Origin: an uncultured Collinsella sp.
Lineage (GTDB): Bacteria; Actinomycetota; Coriobacteriia; Coriobacteriales; Coriobacteriaceae
Reading direction: 5' to 3'
Assembly: GCA_902492935.1 (NCBI GenBank)
Contig: CABUNJ010000004.1
Span: forward strand, 38,589-102,588
DNA: 64,000 nt
Within the stretch, counting starts at the first letter, position 1, and each line of letters begins with the position of its first letter. Below are positions 13,475-21,989 of the stretch, piece by piece. The translations under genes and the position numbers were made by a program. Below the pieces are notes generated by a model that was given only the letters and a program-made list of their open reading frames with translations, made no database searches and was not told the DNA's origin.

Positions 13475-13675
13475 ATGGCACCTATCGATATTGTTGTACT
13501 GGCTGTTATCGGCGTTGCGTTTGTCGCGGTATGCGTGCGCATCTACCGCAAGGGCACCTGCGCCGACTGCGCTCAGGGTGGCGTTTGCACGGGGCATTGC
13601 TCCAATAAAAAGACCTGCGCCGCACTTAAGGGCGTGGACAAAATCGCCGAAGACTTGGGTCGCGGTATCAAATAA
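13475..13675 (+). CDS. FeoB-associated Cys-rich membrane protein
   Basis: 66 aa. One N-terminal TM helix, then CADCAQGGVCTGHC. Confidence 0.6.
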   Translation: MAPIDIVVLAVIGVAFVAVCVRIYRKGTCADCAQGGVCTGHCSNKKTCAALKGVDKIAEDLGRGIK

Positions 13676-13690
13676 GGTCCGGACATCCAA

Positions 13691-13726
13691 GCGCTCCGCG
13701 GGCATCCGTTCGCGGGGCGCTTTGTG
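13691..13726 (+). terminator. intrinsic terminator
   Basis: GCGCTCCGCG / CGCGGGGCGC stem followed by TTTGTG. Confidence 0.45.
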
Positions 13727-13819
13727 CATTTGAGGGAGAGCACGGCGAGTCGAAGAGTATTTTTGGGGTATCGTTAACTGGACTATTAATTGGCAACTTA
13801 TCTATAACGGAGTAACCGC

Positions 13820-14899
13820 ATGAGCGCTCGCGTAACCATGAAGGACATAGCCGCCGAGCTTGGCGTTTCCATCAATACCGTGCACAAGGCCCTGACGGGA
13901 AAGGCCGGCGTGAGCGAATCCGTGCGCGCCAAGGTGAACGCTAAGGCCGAGGCCATGGGCTATCACCGCAACACAAGTGCCTCAAGCCTGCGCCGCAAGG
14001 ATATCAATCTGGTGTTTTGCCTGCCCCGCGCATCGCGCGAGGGAGCGTACTTTTTCCGTTACCTGTGGGAAGGCTGCAATCGCTTTGAACAGGAGGTCAT
14101 CGACCGGGGCATTACGGTTGAGCGCGTTGAATTTGGCGTGGGCGGCTACGCTGATGCACTCGAGCAAATCGACGAGCGTCTGCAGGTGGGCGAGAAGATT
14201 GATGGCTTGCTCGCCTATGCGCCGGGCGACGATCGTGCGACTGAGCTTTTGGGGCAGATCGCCGAGGCGGGCGTGACGATTGAGCTTGTCGACGGCGACC
14301 GTCCGCATTTGAATCGTTTGGGTGCGAGCTTGGCCGATTATTCGACGGCAGGTAGCCTTATGGCCGAGCAGGCGGCAAACCTGGTCAATGCTTCTGGGGC
14401 CGACGCCCGCGTGCTCCTTTTGACAGGCGACCCATATACCGATTCGCACTATCTAACCGCCCGCGCCTTCCACAATTACCTGCGCGAACGTGATATTCCA
14501 TGGCAGGTTGAGGATCTTGCAGGTGCCCATGCGCAAGTCAAACAGCTCAAGCATGAGCTCGAAAAGCGCTTGAGTGCGCCGGACGCCCCTGAGCTCATTT
14601 GTAGCGTTTTTGCCGTTGGTTCCGAAGTGGTTGCCGATGCGCTTGTCTCGAGCGGCAAGGCCGGTCAGGTTATGGTGATCGGCAACGACCTGTTTCCCGA
14701 AAGCGCCCTGGCCTTGCGCCGCGGTATCTTTACCAATATTGTCTATAAGGACCCGACGAGCCTGGCGTATCGCGGCGCTAAGACGCTGGGCGATTATCTG
14801 CTGTGGGGAAGGACCCCGACGGTGCCCGTCCAGAAGGGCGCCGTCGAGATGGTATTTGCCAGCAATGTTGACCGCTACTGCGAACTTGCGGGAATTTAG
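13820..14899 (+). CDS. LacI family regulator, candidate hexuronate/pectin regulon repressor
   Basis: 359 aa. HTH MKDIAAELGVSINTVHKAL. Sits next to uxaCBA, whose promoter carries the AGGTGAACGTTCACCT palindromes. Confidence 0.8.
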   Translation: MSARVTMKDIAAELGVSINTVHKALTGKAGVSESVRAKVNAKAEAMGYHRNTSASSLRRKDINLVFCLPRASREGAYFFRYLWEGCNRFEQEVIDRGITVERVEFGVGGYADALEQIDERLQVGEKIDGLLAYAPGDDRATELLGQIAEAGVTIELVDGDRPHLNRLGASLADYSTAGSLMAEQAANLVNASGADARVLLLTGDPYTDSHYLTARAFHNYLRERDIPWQVEDLAGAHAQVKQLKHELEKRLSAPDAPELICSVFAVGSEVVADALVSSGKAGQVMVIGNDLFPESALALRRGIFTNIVYKDPTSLAYRGAKTLGDYLLWGRTPTVPVQKGAVEMVFASNVDRYCELAGI

Positions 14900-14928
14900 C
14901 CGATTGGGCAGGTACCCCCTCTTGCGAC

Positions 14929-15119
14929 GTGCATTTTTGAGAGTATTCAGCATTGGCATGCCCTGAATGAGGCGCAGAACGACTGTTTTAAGTGCCGCCG
15001 GTGGCGTATTTCGCCATCGGCGGCACTTTTTATGCCGATCGGACGCAATGTGCGCATCAAATGGGGCGCCGAGGACGGCGCGCGGCGCGCTTCGATGCTG
15101 AATACTCCCAAAAATGCAC
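14929..15119. repeat. 191-bp element bounded by 25-bp inverted repeats (1 mismatch)
   Basis: GTGCATTTTTGAGAGTATTCAGCAT at 14929..14953 and ATGCTGAATACTCCCAAAAATGCAC at 15095..15119. Encloses the LacI terminator hairpin. Confidence 0.55.
14990..15032 (+). terminator. intrinsic terminator
   Basis: AAGTGCCGCCG / CGGCGGCACTT stem followed by TTTTA. Confidence 0.6.
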
Positions 15120-15211
15120 GGCGGGATATGACCCACCTGAGCAAAGCGCTCAAGTTCGGTGTTCGGGGACGCCAACCGGTCCGCAATACATGCAAGTCAC
15201 GGCTCCGGCAA

Positions 15212-15237
15212 CCGTTGAACGGACAAAATCGACCGTT
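15212..15237 (+). promoter_or_regulatory. bipartite direct repeat CCGTT-N16-CCGTT (copy 2 of 4)
   Basis: CCGTT at 15212 and 15233. The second half is AAATCGACCGTTCA. Confidence 0.45.
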
Positions 15238-15252
15238 CACCCCATGGTGGTT

Positions 15253-15306
15253 AGGTGAACGTTCACCTTTTGAGTTGCAATGGATTAGTATAGTGAACGT
15301 TCACCT
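15253..15306. promoter_or_regulatory. two AGGTGAACGTTCACCT operators upstream of uxaC
   Basis: A perfect 16-bp palindrome at 15253..15268 and AGTGAACGTTCACCT at 15292..15306. They flank TAGTATAGT. Confidence 0.65.
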
Positions 15307-15358
15307 AAAGGATAACGAGCGCGCCGTGCGCCCGCCTTGCCAGCAAAGGGGCTGTTTG

Positions 15359-16786
15359 ATGAAAAACTTTATGGACGATCAGGATTTCCTGCTGAGCACC
15401 AAGACCGGCGAGGAGCTGTTCCACAACTTTGCCAAGGGCATGCCCATCGTCGACTACCACTGCCACATTTCCCCCAAGGAGATCTGGGAGGACAAGCGTT
15501 TCGAGAACATCACCGAGGTTTGGCTGGGCGGCGACCACTACAAGTGGCGCCTGATGCGTGCCAACGGCGTCGACGAGCGTTTTATCACTGGCGACGCCCC
15601 TGCTCGCGAGAAGTTCCAAAAGTGGGCCGAGACCCTGGGTCGCTGCGTCGGCAACCCCGTCTTTGAGTGGAGCCACCTGGAGCTTAAGCGCTACTTTGGC
15701 TACGAGGGCGTCCTCAACGGCAAGACTGCCCAGGAGGTTTGGGACCTTGCCAACGCCAAGCTCGCCGAGGCCAGTTTCACCTGCCGCAACCTGATCAAGC
15801 AGTTCAACGTCCGCATGATCTGCACTACTGACGACCCCGCCGACAGCTTTGAGTGGCACAAGAAGATTGCAGCCGACGACAGCTTTGACGTTCAGGTCGT
15901 TCCCGCCATGCGCCCCGACGCCGCCCTGCGCATCGAGCGCGGCCAGGAGTTTGCCGACTACTGCAAGCGCCTCTCCGAGGTTGCCGGCGTTGAGGTCAGC
16001 GACTTCGAGGGCATGAAGGCTGCCATCTCCAAGCGCTACGACGTTGCTCACGAGCTGGGCTGCCGCGCATCCGACCACGCACTTGACTACGTTATGTACG
16101 TCCCGGCTACCGCTGACGAGATCGAGGCCATCTTTGCCAAGGGTCTGGCTGCTGAGCCGCTTACCGAGGAAGAGATCCTCAAGTACAAGACTGCCTTTAT
16201 GCAGTTTGTTGCCGGCGAGTATGTTCGTCTGGGCTGGGCCATGCAGCTGCACTTTGGCTGCAAGCGCGACAACAACCGCGCCATGTTTGCCAAGCTCGGC
16301 CCCGATACCGGCTACGACTGCATCTCCAACTACACGCCGTCCGACCAGCTCGCCGATTTCCTCAACTCCATCCAGGAGACCTGCGGCCTGCCCAAGACCA
16401 TCCTGTACAGCCTGAACCCCATCGATAACACCATGATCGATACCGTCATGGGCTGCTTCCAGGAGGCTCCGACCGCCGGTAAGATCCAGAACGGCTCCGC
16501 CTGGTGGTTCAACGACAACGAGGTCGGCATGCGCGAGCAACTCACGGCTCTGGCTAACGAGGGCGTCCTGGGCAACTTTGTGGGCATGCTTACCGACTCC
16601 CGCTCTTTCCTGTCCTATCCGCGCCACGAGTACTTCCGTCGCGTGCTGTGCAGCGTGATCGGCGAGTGGGTCGAGCAGGGCAAGTACCCGGCCGACATGG
16701 AGCTGCTGGGCAGTATCGTGCGCGACATCAGCTACAACAATGCGGTCCGCTATTTTGGCTTTGACCTGGACACCGTCGAGGCCTAA
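15359..16786 (+). CDS. uxaC: glucuronate (uronate) isomerase
   Basis: ORF 15032..16786. The conserved part starts at ATG 15359 (MKNFMDDQDFLL..PIVDYHCH..GDHYKWR). The upstream 109 codons overlap the operators. Confidence 0.9.
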   Translation: MKNFMDDQDFLLSTKTGEELFHNFAKGMPIVDYHCHISPKEIWEDKRFENITEVWLGGDHYKWRLMRANGVDERFITGDAPAREKFQKWAETLGRCVGNPVFEWSHLELKRYFGYEGVLNGKTAQEVWDLANAKLAEASFTCRNLIKQFNVRMICTTDDPADSFEWHKKIAADDSFDVQVVPAMRPDAALRIERGQEFADYCKRLSEVAGVEVSDFEGMKAAISKRYDVAHELGCRASDHALDYVMYVPATADEIEAIFAKGLAAEPLTEEEILKYKTAFMQFVAGEYVRLGWAMQLHFGCKRDNNRAMFAKLGPDTGYDCISNYTPSDQLADFLNSIQETCGLPKTILYSLNPIDNTMIDTVMGCFQEAPTAGKIQNGSAWWFNDNEVGMREQLTALANEGVLGNFVGMLTDSRSFLSYPRHEYFRRVLCSVIGEWVEQGKYPADMELLGSIVRDISYNNAVRYFGFDLDTVEA

Positions 16787-16880
16787 GCCCGCATCGAATC
16801 ACATCGAACCCTGGGCGCCGTTGCCACACGCGGAGCCCCGTTTTGCTTGCACGCTAACAGACATCTAAGGAGACACATAG

Positions 16881-18395
16881 ATGGAGAACATCAGCTACGA
16901 TGCGCTCGAGAAGATCGGCTACAAGGGCTATTTGCTGCCCAAGGATGCTCCCGAGAAGGTTCTGCAGTTTGGCGAGGGCAATTTCCTGCGTGCCTTCGTC
17001 GATCGCTTCTTTGACATGGGCAACGAGGCCACCGGATGGAACGGCAAGGTTGTCATGGTGCAGCCCATCAGTGGCGCCCTTGGCTTTGCCGATGGTATCA
17101 ACGCCCAGGACGACCTGTACACCGTGCTGGTGCGCGGCAAGGAGAACGGCAACACGGTTGACGAGTCCCGCGTGATCAGCGCCTGCAGCCGCTGCCTCAA
17201 CCCGTATCGTGAGGACGACTACCGCGCCATGATGGAGGTCGCCGTCTCCGACGACCTGGAGATCATCGTCTCCAACACCACCGAGGCCGGTATCGCCTAC
17301 GACCCGTCCTGCAAGGCCGACGACATGCCGCCCGCGAGCTTCCCTGCCAAGCTTGCCCAGGTCCTTCACGCCCGCTGGGCCGCCGGCAAGCCGGGCGTTA
17401 TCGTGCTCGCCTGCGAGCTCATTGATCACAACGGCGAGGAGCTGCTGCGCATCATGAACCAGTACGTGAGCGACTGGGGTTGGGAGGACGAATTTGCGCA
17501 GTGGATGGCCAACGACTGCACCGTCTGCACCACGCTCGTCGACACCATCGTACCGGGCCGTATCCGCGATCCTAAGGAGGCCGCGGCGGTTGCCGAGCGT
17601 CTGGGCTATGAGGACCCCTTCCTGGCCGTGCGCGAGCCCTTCCAGATGTGGGGCATCCAGGGCGACGAGTCGCTTGCCGAGAAGCTTCCCTTTGTGAAGG
17701 CTGGTCTTCCGGGCGTCTTTGTGACTCCCGACGTCACCCCGTACAAAAAGCGCAAGGTCCGCATCCTCAACGGTGCCCACACCGCCTTCGTTCCGGGTTC
17801 CTGGGTTGCCGGCTTTGATATCGTGCGCGACTGCATGCATGACGAGACCATTCGCGGCTTCATGAACACCATGCTCTACGACGAGGTCATTCCGACGCTT
17901 GCCGCCGACTTGGATGTCGAGGACTGCAAGGCCTTTGCCGCCGCCGTCGAAAACCGCTTCGACAACCCGTTTATTGATCATGCGCTGCTCTCCATCTGCC
18001 TCAACTCCACGGCTAAGTGGCGCGCTCGCGACCTGCCCACGCTCAAGGACTACGTTGCCGAGACCGGCAACCTGCCCAAGTGCCTGGCGACGAGCCTCGC
18101 TACGCTCATCTCCTTCTACACGCAGGAGCTCGTGTCCCGCGAGGGCGACGGCCTGCACCTGCGTCGCTCCGACGGCACCGAGTACACCGCTCAGGACGAC
18201 GCCTTCGTGCTCGACTTCTACGCCGCCCATGCCGGCGCCGACGATGCCCAGCTGGTGCACGACGTGCTCACCAACGAGCAGATGTGGGGCGAGGACCTTA
18301 CGCAGATCGCAGGTCTTGAGGAATTTGTCGTCAGCGCGCTCGCCGTCGTGCGTACCGAGGGCGCCAAGCAGGCCTTCGCCAACGCTCAGGCGTAA
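16881..18395 (+). CDS. uxaB: tagaturonate reductase (altronate oxidoreductase)
   Basis: 504 aa with QFGEGNFLRAFVD near the N-terminus, as in UxaB. Confidence 0.85.
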   Translation: MENISYDALEKIGYKGYLLPKDAPEKVLQFGEGNFLRAFVDRFFDMGNEATGWNGKVVMVQPISGALGFADGINAQDDLYTVLVRGKENGNTVDESRVISACSRCLNPYREDDYRAMMEVAVSDDLEIIVSNTTEAGIAYDPSCKADDMPPASFPAKLAQVLHARWAAGKPGVIVLACELIDHNGEELLRIMNQYVSDWGWEDEFAQWMANDCTVCTTLVDTIVPGRIRDPKEAAAVAERLGYEDPFLAVREPFQMWGIQGDESLAEKLPFVKAGLPGVFVTPDVTPYKKRKVRILNGAHTAFVPGSWVAGFDIVRDCMHDETIRGFMNTMLYDEVIPTLAADLDVEDCKAFAAAVENRFDNPFIDHALLSICLNSTAKWRARDLPTLKDYVAETGNLPKCLATSLATLISFYTQELVSREGDGLHLRRSDGTEYTAQDDAFVLDFYAAHAGADDAQLVHDVLTNEQMWGEDLTQIAGLEEFVVSALAVVRTEGAKQAFANAQA

Positions 18396-18476
18396 ATTTC
18401 CGGCGCAGACGCGGGCGCGGGACGGCGTGCCCGCGTCTCGACTTCTGCTCAACCTGTAGGGTTAGGACCATTTGCA

Positions 18477-19961
18477 ATGAACACTATCCAGATCAATCCG
18501 GCCGACAACGTGATCGTCGCGCTGTCGCCGCTTACCAAGGGCACCGCCGTTGCGGTACCCGGGGTGGGCGAGGTCGTGGCCGCGGAGGATATTCCGCAGG
18601 GTCATAAGATGGCCGTGCGCTCGATTGCCGCGGGGGAGGACGTCATCAAGTACGGCTTGCCCATCGGACACGTGACGGGCGATGTCCAGCCCGGTCAGTG
18701 GCTTCATACACATAATGTCAAGACTAACCTTTCGGGCGAGGTCGAGTACACCTACAACCCCACACATCCGGTCGTGGATCCCGTTGAGCCCGAGACCTTT
18801 ATGGGGTTCCGCCGCGCCGACGGTCGTGCCGCGACGCGTAATGAGCTGTGGATCATCCCCACGGTCGGCTGTGTCAACGAAGTCGCCCGTGCCATGTGCG
18901 AGCAGGCCCAGGATCTGGTCGATGGCTCGCTGGAGGGTGTTTACTACTTCCCGCATCCCTTTGGCTGCTCGCAGACCGGCGCCGACCATGCCCAGACGCG
19001 TCGTCTGCTGGTGGCGCTCTCGCGTCATCCTAATGCGGCCGGCGTGCTGTTCCTGTCGCTCGGTTGTGAGAACTGCACGCATCAGCAGGTGCTCGACGAG
19101 CTCGGTGACTTCGATCACGAGCGCGTCCGTTTCCTCACCTGCCAGGATGTCGCCGACGAGCAGATCGAGGGCCACAAGATTCTGGCCGAGCTGGCAGACC
19201 TCGCCAAGCAGGCCAAGCGCGAGCCCATTTTGGCCTCCGAGCTGGTTATTGGACTTAAGTGCGGCGGCTCCGACGGCCTTTCGGGCATTACCGCCAATCC
19301 CACGATCGGTCGCGTGAGCGATATGGTTGTCGCCCGCGGCGGCACGTCGGTGCTTACCGAGGTGCCCGAGATGTTTGGCGCCGAGAGTATCCTGCTCGAT
19401 CGCTGTGAGAACGAGCAGGTCTTTAACGCCGCTTCCGACATGCTCAATGGCTTTAAGGACTACTTTATTAGCCACGGCGAGGTCGTCTACGAGAACCCGA
19501 GCCCCGGCAACAAGGACGGCGGTATTACCACGCTCGAGGACAAGAGCTGCGGCTGCGTGCAAAAAGGCGGGTCTGCCCCCATCGTCGACGTGCTGCCGTA
19601 TGCCGGCCAGGCAACTAAACACGGCCTGAACATGCTGTGCGGTCCGGGCAACGACATGGTATCCACCACGGCGTTGACGGCTGCCGGCTGCCACGTGATT
19701 CTGTTCTCGACCGGTCGCGGCACGCCGTTTGGCGCGCCGGCGCCTACGCTCAAGGTGTTCACCAACCAGCGTCTGTGCGACCATAAGGCCAATTGGATGG
19801 ACTTTAACGCCGGCGTGATTGCCACGGGTGAGCGCACGCTCGACGAGGCCGCTCACGATTTGTACCAGCTGGTGCTACAGACGGCGAGCGGTAAGCTCAC
19901 GAGTGCCGAGCGTCGTGGCTGTCACGAGATCAGCATCTGGAAGGACGGCGTCTGCCTGTAG
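18477..19961 (+). CDS. uxaA: altronate dehydratase
   Basis: 494 aa. N-terminal SAF-like region (PADNVIVAL..GHKMA..IKYG.PIG) and the UxaA/GarD C-terminal domain. Confidence 0.88.
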   Translation: MNTIQINPADNVIVALSPLTKGTAVAVPGVGEVVAAEDIPQGHKMAVRSIAAGEDVIKYGLPIGHVTGDVQPGQWLHTHNVKTNLSGEVEYTYNPTHPVVDPVEPETFMGFRRADGRAATRNELWIIPTVGCVNEVARAMCEQAQDLVDGSLEGVYYFPHPFGCSQTGADHAQTRRLLVALSRHPNAAGVLFLSLGCENCTHQQVLDELGDFDHERVRFLTCQDVADEQIEGHKILAELADLAKQAKREPILASELVIGLKCGGSDGLSGITANPTIGRVSDMVVARGGTSVLTEVPEMFGAESILLDRCENEQVFNAASDMLNGFKDYFISHGEVVYENPSPGNKDGGITTLEDKSCGCVQKGGSAPIVDVLPYAGQATKHGLNMLCGPGNDMVSTTALTAAGCHVILFSTGRGTPFGAPAPTLKVFTNQRLCDHKANWMDFNAGVIATGERTLDEAAHDLYQLVLQTASGKLTSAERRGCHEISIWKDGVCL

Positions 19962-19997
19962 TGGCAAATGCACCCAAGCGTAGCGCTATGTCGTCGG

Positions 19998-20034
19998 CCC
20001 CGTCGGGAGTGTTCCCGGCGGGGTTTTCGTTTTG
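19998..20034 (+). terminator. intrinsic terminator
   Basis: CCCCGTCGGGA / TCCCGGCGGGG stem followed by TTTTCGTTTT. Confidence 0.7.
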
Positions 20035-20060
20035 TGGTTAAGTGAAAAAATTGGAAAATA

Positions 20061-20075
20061 CGATAAACGTTCACC
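20061..20075. promoter_or_regulatory. GATAAACGTTCACCT operator-like site
   Basis: Half-degenerate copy of the AGGTGAACGTTCACCT palindrome. Confidence 0.4.
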
Positions 20076-20141
20076 TATCTCATGGGTGTCCAGCATGGCA
20101 TCTTTACCAGCAGACAATAGGTCTTAGAGCCTCAATTGTGT

Positions 20142-20167
20142 CCGTTCAGCGATAAAAAACGACCGTT
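20142..20167 (+). promoter_or_regulatory. bipartite direct repeat CCGTT-N16-CCGTT (copy 3 of 4)
   Basis: CCGTT at 20142 and 20163. The second half is AAAACGACCGTTCG. Confidence 0.45.
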
Positions 20168-20181
20168 CGGGGATAATATGC

Positions 20182-20237
20182 AAGTGAACGTTCACCTCTT
20201 GTAAGGAATCGCGCATAATCTAGATAAACGTTCACCC
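20182..20237. promoter_or_regulatory. two AGGTGAACGTTCACCT-type operators upstream of the GPH transporter operon
   Basis: AAGTGAACGTTCACCT at 20182..20197 and AGATAAACGTTCACCC at 20222..20237. Confidence 0.6.
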
Positions 20238-20314
20238 TGAACGCTGGGCAGACAGATGTCAGTGTGGACTCAAATGTCTTGTTACAAGACAATCGAGAAA
20301 AGAGAGGGAGCTCG

Positions 20315-21874
20315 ATGACTAATAAGATCGGAAAAAAGCGTAAGATCACATTCTGGACGCGCTTGGGCTTTGGTATGGGCGGTATGCTCAATTCCGGTGC
20401 CCTGACCTTTACGCACAGCTACATGGTGCTGTTCCTGTCCACGGAGTGTGGCCTGTCCGCGGGCGAGGCTGCACTGATCAGCTCGTTTGCCATCTATGTC
20501 AACGCCATTCTTTGCCCGCTGATGGGCTTTGTGGCCGATAACTTCTATGCCACTAAGATTGGCCGCATCTTTGGTCGTCGTCGTTTCTGGATCTTGCTGG
20601 CCATCCCGATGATGATCGCCGAGCCGCTCATCTTCGTGGCTACGCCGTTTGGTTTCCCGTACTACTTTGTGCTGTACCTGATCTACAACGTCGCGTACAC
20701 GTTCTGCACCGCCAACCTGTCGCCGCTTACCATCGAGATGACCGACGACTTTAAGGAGCGTACGTACCTTACCGGCTACAAGCATCTCTTTGGTAACGCC
20801 GCCGGCTTCCTGATGGCAGCACTCGTCGGCTTTGGCTTTGGCACCTTCGGTGAGACCAACCCGTTCAGCTACTTCATCATCGCTACGGTCAACGCTTCGG
20901 TCATGGCAATCTCGCTGCTCTGCGTGTACCTGTCCACGTGGGAGCACACCCCCGAGGAGGTCGCTCAGGAGAAGATCGAGAGTGTCGGCGAGGGCATCAA
21001 GAAGTTCTTTATCGACGTTATCTCCACCTTCCGCAACAAGTCCTTCCGCAAGGTCCTGTATGCACAGGTCTCCACGAAGCTCGCTGCTGCCTGCTGGTCT
21101 GCCTGCCTGTCCTTCTTCATCGTCTACTGCCTGCAGATTCCTAAGTCCTACGAGTCCGTGATGGAGATGCCTGGCAAGGTCGTCGCTATCGTCTGCACCG
21201 CCATCTGGGTCGCCCTCATGGCCAAGAAGGGCTTCCACAAGTCTTGGTACCTCGCAAATGTCGGTTGCGCTGCGTGCATCATCGCCTACAACTACTTCGC
21301 CTTTGGTCAGATCAACGGCACCTCCACGGTCGCCATCGCCATGATCGCCTACCCCGTCATCTTCGCCATCTGGAAGTTCTTCTACGTCGGCTTCCAGTAT
21401 CTGCCCGATGTCCTGCTCAACTACATCCCCGATGTCGATGAGCTCATCACCCTGCGTCGTCGCGAGGGCATCTACAGCTCCGCGCAGCAGCTCTGCCAGC
21501 AGATCGCCCAGGCTATCGCCGTCAACGTATGGGCTATCGTCCTTGCTGCCTCCGGCTTCATTCAGACCGCCGGCAATAGCGACGCCGTGACCCAGCCCGC
21601 TACCGTTCCTCTGTATATCTGCGGCTACATGATCATCGGCTGCGCCGGCTTCTTCCTGCTTGCGGCCGTCCTTGCCCGCGGCATCAAGATCGACAAGGAG
21701 CAGTGCGACATCCTTTGCGACGAGATTCACCGCGTCAAGGAGGGTGGCAAGATGGCCGACGTCAAGCCCGAGGTCAAGGCGCTTTGCGAGGAGCTCTCCG
21801 GCTTTAAGTACGAGGACTGCTTTGCCCACAACAACGTTGGCTTCCAGGACGGTAGCGTAACCCCGGCCGAGTAA
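20315..21874 (+). CDS. GPH-family (glycoside-pentoside-hexuronide) cation symporter, TogT-like candidate oligogalacturonide transporter
   Basis: ORF 20264..21874. ATG 20315 follows AGAGAGGGAG. 12-TM profile. Genomic context with GH28 and esterases. Confidence 0.7.
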   Translation: MTNKIGKKRKITFWTRLGFGMGGMLNSGALTFTHSYMVLFLSTECGLSAGEAALISSFAIYVNAILCPLMGFVADNFYATKIGRIFGRRRFWILLAIPMMIAEPLIFVATPFGFPYYFVLYLIYNVAYTFCTANLSPLTIEMTDDFKERTYLTGYKHLFGNAAGFLMAALVGFGFGTFGETNPFSYFIIATVNASVMAISLLCVYLSTWEHTPEEVAQEKIESVGEGIKKFFIDVISTFRNKSFRKVLYAQVSTKLAAACWSACLSFFIVYCLQIPKSYESVMEMPGKVVAIVCTAIWVALMAKKGFHKSWYLANVGCAACIIAYNYFAFGQINGTSTVAIAMIAYPVIFAIWKFFYVGFQYLPDVLLNYIPDVDELITLRRREGIYSSAQQLCQQIAQAIAVNVWAIVLAASGFIQTAGNSDAVTQPATVPLYICGYMIIGCAGFFLLAAVLARGIKIDKEQCDILCDEIHRVKEGGKMADVKPEVKALCEELSGFKYEDCFAHNNVGFQDGSVTPAE

Positions 21875-21989
21875 GTCCGACATATCGTCTAAATCACAGG
21901 GCCGTGCCACCGGAATTCCGCCGGCAGGCACGGCCCTTTTTTAACAGCGTACAATTTGCCTTTAGAGCATCTTTTTGAGGGAGAAATCC

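Noticed and set aside
15212-15240. CCGTT-N16-CCGTT explained as an ECF-sigma promoter or as half-sites of the AGGTGAACGTTCACCT operator
   Set aside because: No GAAC-N16/17-CGT arrangement fits on either strand. Only the uxaC copy extends to CGTTCACC, while the other three diverge right after CGACCGTT. The motif also occurs at promoters controlled by other operators.
15032-15358. 109-codon N-terminal extension of the uxaC ORF, and similar extensions of ORFs at 28581, 31016, 41658, 49640 and 59110
   Set aside because: The extensions overlap operators, terminators or the upstream gene and lack similarity to the protein family. Internal starts with good Shine-Dalgarno sequences coincide with the conserved N-termini.
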